This document shows positions 1-9,115 of a stretch of 58,546 bases of DNA, piece after piece. Under the pieces are notes generated by a model that was not told where the DNA came from, did not search any database, and was given only the letters and a program-made list of their open reading frames with translations. The DNA lies in the IMG/VR virus record IMGVR_UViG_3300032214_001472, positions 1 through 58,546 of that record. One strand, 5' to 3'. The position numbers were made by a program, and so were the translations under genes. Position 1 is the stretch's first letter. Every line of letters starts with the position of its first letter. Origin of the DNA: a virus. Taxonomy: Duplodnaviria; Caudoviricetes.

Positions 1-2
1 CC

Positions 3-494
3 CAGAAGAGAAGATTCACCGAAGTTGGATCTGGATCATTTAGTGGATTCGGTGGAGCAGCTGAAGTTGAAGGATCTAATCCTCCAGATCAGACTCTTAT
101 CATTACACTTTCTGGCAATGCAAAAGAAAGATTCATACCTGCAACTGCAGTTGGATCTGGAACAATATTTGAATCTGGTAATGGAATTGAGAAGAATACT
201 GAATCAGATGTTGGAATTGGAACGGTTGCAATTACTGGAGGAATCACTCCAAATGTTCAGATTTATGTTCCTTCCTTTACAGGATCTGGATCTTTCAGTG
301 GGTTCGGTGGAGCTGCTGAAGTATCTGGATCTAATCCACCAGATAGATTTGTACTCTTCACATTCTCAGGTACTGCTGGAGAAGCATTTGTTCCACAGAC
401 AGCAGTTGGATCTGGAACAATTAATATCTCTGGTGTTGGTGTTGGAATCTCTAATCCATATAGAGCACCATTTGTTTATGTCACAATTATATAA
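3..494 (+). CDS. C-terminal part of a Gly/Ser-rich virion structural protein (5'-truncated by window; frame 3, not in ORF track)
   Basis: Frame 3 is open from base 3 to TAA 492-494 (QKRRFTEVGSGSFSGFGGAAEVEGSNPPD...PFVYVTII*); the motif GSGSFSGFGGAAEVxGSNPPD occurs twice; codon usage matches neighbouring genes. Confidence 0.75.
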   Translation, partial: QKRRFTEVGSGSFSGFGGAAEVEGSNPPDQTLIITLSGNAKERFIPATAVGSGTIFESGNGIEKNTESDVGIGTVAITGGITPNVQIYVPSFTGSGSFSGFGGAAEVSGSNPPDRFVLFTFSGTAGEAFVPQTAVGSGTINISGVGVGISNPYRAPFVYVTII

Positions 495-529
495 TTCAAA
501 TAAATAACAAAAAGATATCCATATTATAA

Positions 530-1555
530 ATGGTACAGGGTGTACAGTTTAGAAGAGGAACTACAGCACAACATGCTGTCTTTACAGGACAACCTGGAGA
601 GATCACAGTAAATAGTGATAAAAAAATTGTTGTTGTTCATGATGGATCTGCACTAGGAGGATATGAAACCGTTGGTGCAGGATCCACTCAAAGGATTACG
701 AATAAAGATATAAACACAACGGCTCTAAATGCTTCTGGAATTTCTACATTATCTGCAGCTAGAGCAACTCATATTAATGTATCTGGCATTAGTACTTTAG
801 GATATACTACTACAACATCTTTGAACTCTCTTAATATTAATGTATCTGGCATTAGTACTTTAGGATATACTACTACAACATCTTTGAACTCTCTTAATAT
901 TAATGTATCTGGCATTAGTACTTTAGGATACACAACTACAAAATCTTTAAATTCTCAAAGTATTAATGTATCTGGTATTACTACTTTAGGATTTGTATCG
1001 GCAACAACCGCAAATATATCTGGAGTATCTACCTTAGGTAATACTATAGTTGGTGGATCAACCACTGCATTAATAGTTCAAGGAAATGTAAGAATTATTG
1101 GTGTTACAACAATCACTGGTAACTTAAATGCTGCTGGAAATTCTTATATAAAACTTGCAAGACTTACAAACCAAACTATACCCAGTAATATTGATACTTT
1201 AATTGGTTTTACTGCAACAAGTGATACTAATAGTTGGTATAGTGGTATTACAACTCGCACAACTCCAACTGTTGCAGGAACTTATCGTGTTGATGCAATG
1301 ATGAACTGGCAAGCAGGAACTATCACAAATAATCAAACAAATATTCAAATAAGAAAAAATGGTACTACATTTGCATTGCATCAAGTTGGAATAGCAACTT
1401 TTTCCTATAGTCAAATTGCTTGTGGAATTGTTACGATGAATGGAACATCAGATTATATTGATTTTACTGTTTATAGTGGAAATCCAACCAGTCAAGTTGT
1501 TACTGGAACTGCTGATGGTGCTTGGACGAAGATGGAGATATTTAAAATTAATTAG
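530..1555 (+). CDS. Tail fibre-like protein: Mtd N-terminal-like domain, 21-aa repeat shaft, C-terminal C1q/TNF-like head
   Basis: N-term VQFRRGTTAQHxxFTGxxGExTVxxDK...VHDG; INVSGISTLG repeats; C-term PTVAGTYRV...IRKNG...MNGTSDYIDF. Confidence 0.7.
   Translation: MVQGVQFRRGTTAQHAVFTGQPGEITVNSDKKIVVVHDGSALGGYETVGAGSTQRITNKDINTTALNASGISTLSAARATHINVSGISTLGYTTTTSLNSLNINVSGISTLGYTTTTSLNSLNINVSGISTLGYTTTKSLNSQSINVSGITTLGFVSATTANISGVSTLGNTIVGGSTTALIVQGNVRIIGVTTITGNLNAAGNSYIKLARLTNQTIPSNIDTLIGFTATSDTNSWYSGITTRTTPTVAGTYRVDAMMNWQAGTITNNQTNIQIRKNGTTFALHQVGIATFSYSQIACGIVTMNGTSDYIDFTVYSGNPTSQVVTGTADGAWTKMEIFKIN
771..990 (+). repeat. Tandem 63-bp in-frame repeat (two identical copies, then diverging copies)
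   Basis: atattaatgtatctggcattagtactttaggatatactactacaacatctttgaactctctta at 771 and 834; diverged copies at 897 and about 960. Confidence 0.95.
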
Positions 1556-1569
1556 ATAGAACATTTTTT

Positions 1570-1577
1570 TATAAATA
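1570..1577 (+). promoter_or_regulatory. T4-type late promoter TATAAATA
   Basis: Exact gp55-sigma consensus upstream of ATG 1605. Confidence 0.8.
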
Positions 1578-1604
1578 AGATTATAATCCATCCACATACC
1601 TAAA

Positions 1605-1793
1605 ATGACAAAACAGGTACAGTTTCGTAGAGGCACTACGGCACAACACACAACTTTCACTGGTGCCTTAGCAGAGGTAACTGTGGATACTGATAAAAAG
1701 ACATTAATTGTTCATGACGGAACGACTGCAGGTGGTAGTGTAATCGCTAAAGATGCAAGTGCAATTGCATATTCAATTGCACTTGGCATGTAA
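1605..1793 (+). CDS. 62-aa stand-alone Mtd N-terminal-like domain protein
   Basis: QVQFRRGTTAQHTTFTGALAEVTVDTDKKTLIVHDG, paralogous to the N-terminus of 530..1555; ends AIAYSIALGM. Confidence 0.75.
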   Translation: MTKQVQFRRGTTAQHTTFTGALAEVTVDTDKKTLIVHDGTTAGGSVIAKDASAIAYSIALGM

Positions 1794-1801
1794 TCATTTT
1801 T

Positions 1802-1809
1802 TATAAATA
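1802..1809 (+). promoter_or_regulatory. T4-type late promoter TATAAATA
   Basis: Exact consensus, followed by GGGAG SD before ATG 1842. Confidence 0.8.
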
Positions 1810-1841
1810 ATCATTAATTATAAAAGCAAGTAGGGAGCAAA

Positions 1842-4800
1842 ATGGCGAAAAGACTTAGAAACTCTATTAGTTTCACACCATCAACTAATACTGTTGTGAT
1901 TGATGGATATGTTGATAGAAAAACATTACTATTAATCACAAATACTTCATACCAAAATACAATAATTTATAATTTTGCAGATTCTGCAAAAAGAGCAAAT
2001 ACATTAACATATAATTCATCAACTGATAGAACAACGGTTGTTCTTAATTATGATTGCAGTGCGATGAGTTCATCAGACTCTTTGATGATTTTTGTCGAAG
2101 AGTCTGCACTTGCTTTTAAACCTGATGAGTCTTATATTGATCCCGTAGAAAAATTTAGAGTTTCTCAACCACAGGCACTTATCGATACTGACTTTGAATA
2201 TGGAATTCAAGCTTCAAAATGGCAAAGTATTGGTTTGTTAAATAATAGACCATTTTTCTCCCAAAACCCTATTAATTTAGTTGCATTTGGTGCTACGACA
2301 GGAACTGTTGCCGGCGGTGTCGTTGTTTCTGGTATTACTACCATAACAATGCCTGCTGGATCAAGGAGAGTAACAATTGCTTCAACTCAGGCACTGCCCC
2401 CAAATGGAACACCCCTCTCCATTTTGGACGCAAATATACCACATGTAAATGGAAATTGGATTATTGAAGATGGTGGTGGAACTGGAATTGCTACATTTGC
2501 GGTTTCTTTAAGAAACGACACTGGTATTGTTACTTGCATGTCAATTAACAGAACTGGTATCTATAGTGGATCAGTATATACTGGCGCCAGAATTGGATTT
2601 GGAACTGCACTTTCGATGCCTTCGGGTGGATTTTCTACAAGCACCTGGGCAGCAGTAATTAACCCAGGTTTAGCTGTCACAGTTACGACGGCAGTTCCTC
2701 ATGGACTTGTTGTAGGAAACGAAATCGGAGTTACTAGTATTTTCACAGGTCAAAATACCGCATTGGCATTCGGGGCTCAAGGTGGTATTATTGGACAAGC
2801 ATCGCCAAATGGTGTGTATCAAGTTGCCACTGTTGGATCTAGCACACAATTTACATATTATGTAAATACAGCTCCTGTTGGATTAGCGACTACCGCATTT
2901 AGGGATGCAACTGTTTATCCAAGACCATCCGCACAATTCTATCATAGATCATTTGACGGTGGAGTAATTTTTGGAACCTACGGTGAATCAAATTACGAAC
3001 AAGCTGTTCGTCAAACTAGAAGATATTTCCGTTATCAATCTGGTAAAGGAATTCAAATGAGTTCTGGAACTACTTTAAAACCAAACGTTCCTGTTGATAC
3101 AATTTCTGCTTCAGGAACAACGATAACTGTCAGAACTAAAGAAATTCATGGGATTACCAGAGTTATTCCTGGAACACAAATTACTGTTGCTGGATGTAAT
3201 GATTCTGCATATAATGGAACTTTTAATGTAGACTCGGTAACAGGAGAAACTCAATTTACTTATACTGCTCTTAGTGCTCCATCGGAAACAACAGCTACTG
3301 GAAATTATGCGATCAATGTCACAAACTGGTATGGAGCTACTTCTAGACTTGGATTATTTGATTTTCAAAATGGAATGTTCTTTGAATATGACGGTCAAAC
3401 TTTATATGTTGTCCGCAGACAATCAATTTTCCAAATTTCAGGAAGAGTTAGTGTAGCTCAGGAATCGACTCAAGTTACTCAATCTAATCCAAACTTCCCA
3501 ACACTTTTCTCCAAACAACTTGAAGTTGGTGGAAATATTGTAATTCGCGGACAAACCTATAAGGTTATGGATATTCTCAGTGACACTGAGATCAGAATTA
3601 ATCCTGCATATAGAGGTCCAAGTGATCAATATCTAACTGTAACAAAAACAGTTGATTTAAGAATTCCTCAGTCTCAGTGGAACATTGATAGGATGGATGG
3701 AACTGGTTCATCTGGATATAACATCGATCTTTCTAAGATGCAGATGTTCTATATGGATTATTCTTGGTATGGTGCAGGATACATTCGTTGGGGATTTAGA
3801 GCAAGAAATGGAAATGTGATGTATGCCCATAAATTGGTTAACAATAATGTTAACCAAGAAGCATATATGAGATCTGGTAACTTACCAGCTCGTTATGAAA
3901 CTCTAACACATCCAACTACAACTACAATTACTACCAGTTTAGTATCAACAGATAGTTATATCGGTGTTGCATCAACAGCAGGATTCCCAGTTCCAAATGG
4001 TACTGTGTTAGTACGTCAACCTGGAAATGCTCCAGGTGCCGGAGATAGATATGAATATATTAATTACACCGGCGTTGGAACTACAGCTCTTACTGGATGT
4101 ACTAGAGGTAGGGCAGGATATCCATTCGGTCTATCATTAAATATTGGCGCCGGATCTAATATTGGTATTGGATCTACGGCAAATCTCCAGATCGGTCAAA
4201 GAGTAATTTCTGGTGTTGGATCAACATCATTCAAAACAAATACCTTTATTACCAATATCGGAATTGGATCTATTACATTTAGTACTCCATCTTTGGATAA
4301 TAATCCAAATATTATTGTTCCTCCGATGGCAACCACTGCGGGTGTTGCTGGAGCGCAGACTTTTACTTACTCTGCAACAAGACCAACAGCAGTTGAACTG
4401 GCATATCCTACTTTTGCACCAACAATTTCGCATTGGGGTACAAGTGTTATAATGGATGGTAGATATGATGATGATAAATCACTTGTCTTTACATATGGAC
4501 AGTTTAACCCAACTCCTATTCCCGGATTCCAAGAGAGAGGTTTATTCTCAATTAGAGTAGCTCCTTCTGTTGATAGTGGTATTGGTGGAGGATTTGGACA
4601 AAGAGAACTCGTCAATAGAATGCAATTGGTTATGAGAGGACTTGGAATGTCCGTCACAGGTGTTACAACTGCTATTCTTGTTCGTGGATATCTAAATGCT
4701 ACCCCACAATTCCCAACTGTTTGGACTAATGCTGTTGGTAATAGAAGGGTTGGAGATAACTCCAGTCTTGCTCAAATTGCAGACCATACATCTCAAGCAG

Positions 4801-5045
4801 GTTATGGTGTTACTATGGTTGGTGGGGAGGTTGTTTGCGGTTTCTACGTTGGAACTGGTGCTGGTACTCTAGATCTTACACAAGTTAGAGATCTTGGTAA
4901 CTCAATTGTTGGTGGTGGTGGAACTTTCGCTAGCACTGCGATCTACCCAGATGGACCTGATACTTTCACTATTACTGCAACAAACCTTTCAGGTATTCCA
5001 ATTTCAGTTGCGGCACGTCTATCCTGGACTGAAGCACAAGCATAA
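1842..5045 (+). CDS. Large virion structural / fibre-associated protein
   Basis: 1067-aa beta-rich, Thr/Gly-rich ORF under a late promoter; KFRVSQPQALIDTDFEYG and repeated TVTTxxxHG modules typical of cyanophage virion proteins. Confidence 0.65.
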   Translation: MAKRLRNSISFTPSTNTVVIDGYVDRKTLLLITNTSYQNTIIYNFADSAKRANTLTYNSSTDRTTVVLNYDCSAMSSSDSLMIFVEESALAFKPDESYIDPVEKFRVSQPQALIDTDFEYGIQASKWQSIGLLNNRPFFSQNPINLVAFGATTGTVAGGVVVSGITTITMPAGSRRVTIASTQALPPNGTPLSILDANIPHVNGNWIIEDGGGTGIATFAVSLRNDTGIVTCMSINRTGIYSGSVYTGARIGFGTALSMPSGGFSTSTWAAVINPGLAVTVTTAVPHGLVVGNEIGVTSIFTGQNTALAFGAQGGIIGQASPNGVYQVATVGSSTQFTYYVNTAPVGLATTAFRDATVYPRPSAQFYHRSFDGGVIFGTYGESNYEQAVRQTRRYFRYQSGKGIQMSSGTTLKPNVPVDTISASGTTITVRTKEIHGITRVIPGTQITVAGCNDSAYNGTFNVDSVTGETQFTYTALSAPSETTATGNYAINVTNWYGATSRLGLFDFQNGMFFEYDGQTLYVVRRQSIFQISGRVSVAQESTQVTQSNPNFPTLFSKQLEVGGNIVIRGQTYKVMDILSDTEIRINPAYRGPSDQYLTVTKTVDLRIPQSQWNIDRMDGTGSSGYNIDLSKMQMFYMDYSWYGAGYIRWGFRARNGNVMYAHKLVNNNVNQEAYMRSGNLPARYETLTHPTTTTITTSLVSTDSYIGVASTAGFPVPNGTVLVRQPGNAPGAGDRYEYINYTGVGTTALTGCTRGRAGYPFGLSLNIGAGSNIGIGSTANLQIGQRVISGVGSTSFKTNTFITNIGIGSITFSTPSLDNNPNIIVPPMATTAGVAGAQTFTYSATRPTAVELAYPTFAPTISHWGTSVIMDGRYDDDKSLVFTYGQFNPTPIPGFQERGLFSIRVAPSVDSGIGGGFGQRELVNRMQLVMRGLGMSVTGVTTAILVRGYLNATPQFPTVWTNAVGNRRVGDNSSLAQIADHTSQAGYGVTMVGGEVVCGFYVGTGAGTLDLTQVRDLGNSIVGGGGTFASTAIYPDGPDTFTITATNLSGIPISVAARLSWTEAQA

Positions 5046-5069
5046 TCTGCTTGACACATATGCTAAACT

Positions 5070-5094
5070 AAGGAGGAGAAATCCTCCTTTTTTT
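5070..5094 (+). terminator. Rho-independent terminator
   Basis: AAGGAGGA-GAAA-TCCTCCTT followed by a T run. Confidence 0.85.
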
Positions 5095-5129
5095 GTATCT
5101 TAATATATACTTGTAGTTTAATTAATTTT

Positions 5130-5369
5130 ATGAAATTTACAGTTTATTCGAAAGATGGTTGCCCCTATTGCAGTAAAATCGAACAGGTGCTACAATTAGC
5201 AAACCTTGAGCATGTAATCTACAAACTCAACAATCATTTTAATCGAGAAGCATTCTATGCTGAATTTGGGCAAGGTTCTACTTTTCCTCAAGTCATCTTA
5301 AATGACGAAACACATCTTGGTGGTTGTACAGATACAGTTCAATATCTTAAGGAGCAAAATCTAGTCTAA
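5130..5369 (+). CDS. nrdC: Glutaredoxin (NrdC-like)
   Basis: CPYC active site, TFPQV and GGCTD motifs. Confidence 0.9.
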   Translation: MKFTVYSKDGCPYCSKIEQVLQLANLEHVIYKLNNHFNREAFYAEFGQGSTFPQVILNDETHLGGCTDTVQYLKEQNLV

Positions 5370-5728
5370 TGGAATCTACTTTTCACGAAGTTTATTTTGA
5401 TGTTGAAAAAGCAATTGATCTTGCTTTCAATGGACAATTTGTTTTGAAGTTTTATGATTATCTAAAAATTCGTGGAACTCTTAGACGCGAAGTAGAGGAG
5501 TTTATTGAAAGTAGCACTGCAAGTGAAATTAGCAATCTTGTAATGGATCTAGACGAATATCTACAGGGTGGTGCTGACGAAATTCATAAACAACTTCGTG
5601 AAGGTTATGGACATATTCCAAAACCTCAAGCAAGAAAGATTAGAAATTATCTTTATGCAATTCTTGAAGACGCTTGGAAGTATAACCATGATAAAAGACC
5701 AGGAAGACGGAAAAAACAAACTAAATAA
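5369..5728 (+). CDS. Hypothetical protein
   Basis: 119-aa ORF translationally coupled to glutaredoxin (TAATG). Confidence 0.75.
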   Translation: MESTFHEVYFDVEKAIDLAFNGQFVLKFYDYLKIRGTLRREVEEFIESSTASEISNLVMDLDEYLQGGADEIHKQLREGYGHIPKPQARKIRNYLYAILEDAWKYNHDKRPGRRKKQTK

Positions 5729-5897
5729 ATCAGAACCCCAGATTAATCGGGGTGTTGAACTGTTACTTAGGAATAGGAGGAAGAGAGAGTCATCAAAGCC
5801 AAAAACTTTTCAAGTGAAGTTTGGTAAAATGATTTCTCTCTTCCGTAGAGAGTTTCATTTCTTTATAGAATTTCACTTTGATATTAGAAAAAAATAA
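5688..5897 (+). CDS. Hypothetical basic protein (start uncertain)
   Basis: ATG 5688 in the 5568..5897 frame; fills the gap to the next gene. Confidence 0.55.
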   Translation: MIKDQEDGKNKLNKSEPQINRGVELLLRNRRKRESSKPKTFQVKFGKMISLFRREFHFFIEFHFDIRKK

Positions 5898-5914
5898 CTC
5901 TCTGGAGAAAAAAA

Positions 5915-6145
5915 ATGTTAGCAGTAACTCTAACCATTGGCACATTAGTTTCGATAATGTTCTTTTTTGTTGGTGGTATGTTAGGATGGATGGCAAAGCA
6001 ACATTTCTATGAAAAGAATTATATTGCTTCGTTAAATACACATCCAGAGATGTTTGATGAAAATGGGAATGTAATTCCTGACGAAATAATTGCAGTACGA
6101 TTTGAGAATGACTATGACTACGACGAAGACGAAGACGACGACTGA
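5915..6145 (+). CDS. Small membrane protein
   Basis: N-terminal hydrophobic helix, acidic tail, GGAG SD. Confidence 0.75.
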   Translation: MLAVTLTIGTLVSIMFFFVGGMLGWMAKQHFYEKNYIASLNTHPEMFDENGNVIPDEIIAVRFENDYDYDEDEDDD

Positions 6146-6680
6146 AAAACCAATCGATACTCTTCCCAGCAACCCATTTGTTTTTGAAATTTTAGAACTT
6201 GTATCAAAGCAAAGATCCAATGCCAAAAAGGTAGAAGTTCTTAAGGCATATGAACACGATTCTATTAAAACTATTCTTATTTGGAATTTTGATGAATCCA
6301 TAATTTCACTTCTTCCTGAAGGAGAAGTGCCATATTCTGATATTAATGATCAGACTGTTTATTCTGGAACTCTATCCGAAAATCTTTCCCGAGAAGCAGA
6401 TAATGGAGAATCGGCTACTAAGCAGGATCTCTTAGGTAGAGGACGTACATCTCTTCGTAGAGAGTATCAAAATCTATATCATTATGTTCAAGGTGGTAAC
6501 AATGGACTTTCTACTATTCGTAGGGAGATGATGTTTATTAATCTTCTTCAAGGACTTCATCCTAAAGAAGCTGAACTTATATGTCTTGTGAAAGATAAAA
6601 AAATTGAAACAAAATATAAAGTTAGTTTTGAAAATGTTAAAGAGTCCTATCCCGATATTCAATGGGGAGGACGTTCATGA
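6108..6680 (+). CDS. Conserved T4-like phage hypothetical protein
   Basis: LPEGEVPY and RREMMFINLLQGLHPKEAE motifs seen in T4-like phage conserved proteins. Confidence 0.75.
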   Translation: MTMTTTKTKTTTEKPIDTLPSNPFVFEILELVSKQRSNAKKVEVLKAYEHDSIKTILIWNFDESIISLLPEGEVPYSDINDQTVYSGTLSENLSREADNGESATKQDLLGRGRTSLRREYQNLYHYVQGGNNGLSTIRREMMFINLLQGLHPKEAELICLVKDKKIETKYKVSFENVKESYPDIQWGGRS

Positions 6681-7012
6681 CACTAGTTGCGGAGAAAAAA
6701 ATGGCAGAGAAGAAGCACGAAGATAAAATGATTCTTCCTTCCATGTATGGTTGTGAGATTCTTTTAGAAAAAACCGCAATCGAAACTACAAAAGATCCTT
6801 CTTTCCCTAGCGATGCATATCTTATTTGGTATATTGTTGATGGTGAAGAGCATATTGATCTTTGTCGTACAGCAAAGAAAGTAAGTCTTTTTGATATGTA
6901 CTACGACAAATATGGTCCTGGTTCTGTTCAAAAAATTGACTTTGGTTATGGAAGAGTTAATCCAAAACTGTGGGGTTACAAAGCACCTGAGGCAAAAAAG
7001 AAAAGAAAATGA
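6677..7012 (+). CDS. Hypothetical protein
   Basis: ATGA overlap with the previous gene, GGAGG SD. Confidence 0.75.
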   Translation: MTLVAEKKMAEKKHEDKMILPSMYGCEILLEKTAIETTKDPSFPSDAYLIWYIVDGEEHIDLCRTAKKVSLFDMYYDKYGPGSVQKIDFGYGRVNPKLWGYKAPEAKKKRK

Positions 7013-7194
7013 GTGAAGGTTTTAGTGAAGAAAAGATTGAAGTTGCAATCTATAAAGACGAAGTTAAAAATTTACTGAAGAAGTATAAAAAAGTTAAAAA
7101 GTATATGAAGTCTCCTCTGTTTGCAGTCAAGACTATGGATGGCACGGAGAAATATGTGAGCAAACTAATTCAAGAAGCAGAGGAGAATCCATAG
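7009..7194 (+). CDS. Hypothetical protein
   Basis: ATGA overlap, 61 aa. Confidence 0.7.
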   Translation: MSEGFSEEKIEVAIYKDEVKNLLKKYKKVKKYMKSPLFAVKTMDGTEKYVSKLIQEAEENP

Positions 7195-7198
7195 TCTA

Positions 7199-7525
7199 AT
7201 GGGGAAGCATTACTTACTTAACCTGTACGGATGCTCGTTTGTCCTTTTGGACGACGAGCGTTGTCTTATAGACTTACTAGAAAACGCAGCAGTTGCAAGT
7301 GGTGCCACTGTGATTCAGACTATCTCAAAGAAGTTTGAACCACAGGGTGTCACTGTTATTTGTTTGCTTTCAGAAAGTCATATCTCAATTCATACCTGGC
7401 CTGAGGAAGGTAAAGCTGCAGTAGATGTCTATACCTGTGGCGATTGCAACCCTAAGATTGGTTGTGACATCATCATTCAACAACTTTATGCTCAGTCTCA
7501 TACTCTGAGTTATATTGAACGATAA
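7199..7525 (+). CDS. speD: S-adenosylmethionine decarboxylase proenzyme
   Basis: MGKH start, FEPQGVT, LSESHISIHTWPE pyruvoyl cleavage motif, DVYTCG. Confidence 0.92.
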   Translation: MGKHYLLNLYGCSFVLLDDERCLIDLLENAAVASGATVIQTISKKFEPQGVTVICLLSESHISIHTWPEEGKAAVDVYTCGDCNPKIGCDIIIQQLYAQSHTLSYIER

Positions 7526-7554
7526 AATAAATAACACTATATCTGGTAAAGTTT

Positions 7555-7875
7555 ATGCTCTCTACACAATATCGTCTTCGGCTTGAAGCAATATGTGAAC
7601 GAATTGTAAAAGGTGAATCGGTAGAATTGAGTGAAATGATCTGGGCAGAGAAACTTGCCCAGGCAAATAGAAGTGCTGGTACACTGCTTCGTCAAGCAAG
7701 ACGGAAAGCAGAAAATCCTGATATGCAAGAAGGTGGATTGGATGATTTCCTAAACCAACTTGATATTGGGGGAATTGGACATGAATCTAAAGGAGTATCT
7801 GGATTTGATACCATAGATGATATTATAGATTTCTTTACTGAAGATAAACCAGATGACTGGAGACAAAGAGATTAA
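7555..7875 (+). CDS. Hypothetical protein
   Basis: 106-aa ORF preceded by TAAATA. Confidence 0.75.
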   Translation: MLSTQYRLRLEAICERIVKGESVELSEMIWAEKLAQANRSAGTLLRQARRKAENPDMQEGGLDDFLNQLDIGGIGHESKGVSGFDTIDDIIDFFTEDKPDDWRQRD

Positions 7876-7882
7876 AATTTAG

Positions 7883-7923
7883 AAAGAGGGGTACTTGACT
7901 ACCCCTCTTTTTTTGTGTATAAT
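7883..7923 (+). terminator. Terminator hairpin overlapping a sigma70-type promoter
   Basis: AAAGAGGGGTA-CTTGAC-TACCCCTCTTT plus T run; TTGACT 7895-7900, 17 nt, TATAAT 7918-7923. Confidence 0.85.
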
Positions 7924-7945
7924 ACCTTTGTCCGGGTTGATATGA

Positions 7946-8128
7946 ATGGATAAAGAAAAACTTAGATTGATTGTACAAAATCTTGAATCTCTAGTAGAAT
8001 GTCTCAAGTCAGAGATTTGTTCTGATGTAGAATCTACTGATATACAAGAGTTTAAACCTCTACCATACGAACAAATCTCTCAGTACATTTCAGATTACGA
8101 CGAAGTATTTTATGACGATGAAGTTTGA
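7946..8128 (+). CDS. Hypothetical protein
   Basis: 60-aa acidic ORF directly after the sigma70 promoter. Confidence 0.7.
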   Translation: MDKEKLRLIVQNLESLVECLKSEICSDVESTDIQEFKPLPYEQISQYISDYDEVFYDDEV

Positions 8129-8831
8129 AGACTACGAACTTATGAAACCAGAAGTAAAACTAATTAGTGTTACTCCTGATGCAGAGAAGCACATGGCATA
8201 CTGTGCTCGTGTAAGTAATCCAAACAATCAAGAGAATGATAATTTCTCAGGACTACTTAAGTATTGTATTAAGCATCAACACTGGAGTATTTTTGAACAG
8301 GCAACAATGACTGTTGAGATTAATACTACAAGGGGTATCGCAGCTCAAATACTCCGACATAGAAGTTTCACATTTCAGGAATTTTCACAACGGTATGCAG
8401 ATACAAATCTGCTTGGTGGTACGATTCCTCTACCAGAACTCCGTCGTCAAGATACAAAGAATCGTCAGAACTCAATTAATGATATGGGCGATTATTTGAA
8501 ACTGACTTTGCTTGAAGACATTCGGATTCATTTTGCGGCTGCTCAGAGGCTCTACGATCGCCTTCTAGAGGCAGGAGTGGCAAAGGAGTGTGCAAGGTTT
8601 GTATTGCCCTTAGCAACGCCCACAAGGCTCTATATGACGGGATCTGTAAGGTCATGGGTGCATTATATCGATCTACGTTCTGCACATGGAACTCAGAAAG
8701 AACATATGGAGATTGCAGAAGCAATTCGTTGCATCTTTACCTGTCAGTTTCCTGCTGTAGCCTCTGCACTTGAATGGACTCGTGAAGGTTGTGCAGAATG
8801 TCTGGATGCACCTTCTATTACTATCGAATAA
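8112..8831 (+). CDS. thyX: Flavin-dependent thymidylate synthase
   Basis: RHRSFTFQEFSQRY ThyX motif, HWSIFE, TQKEH. Confidence 0.95.
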   Translation: MTMKFEDYELMKPEVKLISVTPDAEKHMAYCARVSNPNNQENDNFSGLLKYCIKHQHWSIFEQATMTVEINTTRGIAAQILRHRSFTFQEFSQRYADTNLLGGTIPLPELRRQDTKNRQNSINDMGDYLKLTLLEDIRIHFAAAQRLYDRLLEAGVAKECARFVLPLATPTRLYMTGSVRSWVHYIDLRSAHGTQKEHMEIAEAIRCIFTCQFPAVASALEWTREGCAECLDAPSITIE

Positions 8832-8860
8832 ATATCCTTACACACTATGGAGGACTGATA

Positions 8861-9109
8861 TTGGCAACATATCCAGTTTATAATAAAGTCACTGGAGAAC
8901 AAAAGGAAGTAGTTCTCAGTGTTCATGATTGGGATCAATGGAAAAAAGACAATCCAGAGTGGGATCGAGATTGGTCTGATCCATCTACTTGTCCAAGTTC
9001 TGGGGAATTGGGAGAAGTTTATGACAGGCTGAAGAAATCTCATCCTGGATGGAATGATGTTCTTCATAAGGCATCAAAAGCACCTGGATCAACTGTAAAA
9101 TCAATCTAA
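8861..9109 (+). CDS. Conserved hypothetical (FmdB-like N-terminus)
   Basis: TTG start with GGAGG SD; MATYPVYNKVTGE...GWNDVLHK; typical gene before phoH in T4-like phages. Confidence 0.65.
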   Translation: MATYPVYNKVTGEQKEVVLSVHDWDQWKKDNPEWDRDWSDPSTCPSSGELGEVYDRLKKSHPGWNDVLHKASKAPGSTVKSI

Positions 9110-9115
9110 ATTTAT

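Noticed and set aside
25-507. 160-aa Leu-rich ORF in the track
   Set aside because: Shadow frame of the real frame-3 gene (3..494); its L/E/Q composition is typical of off-frame reading.
530-1793. Diversity-generating retroelement suggested by Mtd-N domains
   Set aside because: No reverse transcriptase and no TR/VR pair with adenine-specific differences seen in the window.
5705-5728. A-run frameshift between 5369 and the next ORF
   Set aside because: Would need a +1 shift; an in-frame ATG at 5688 is a simpler explanation.
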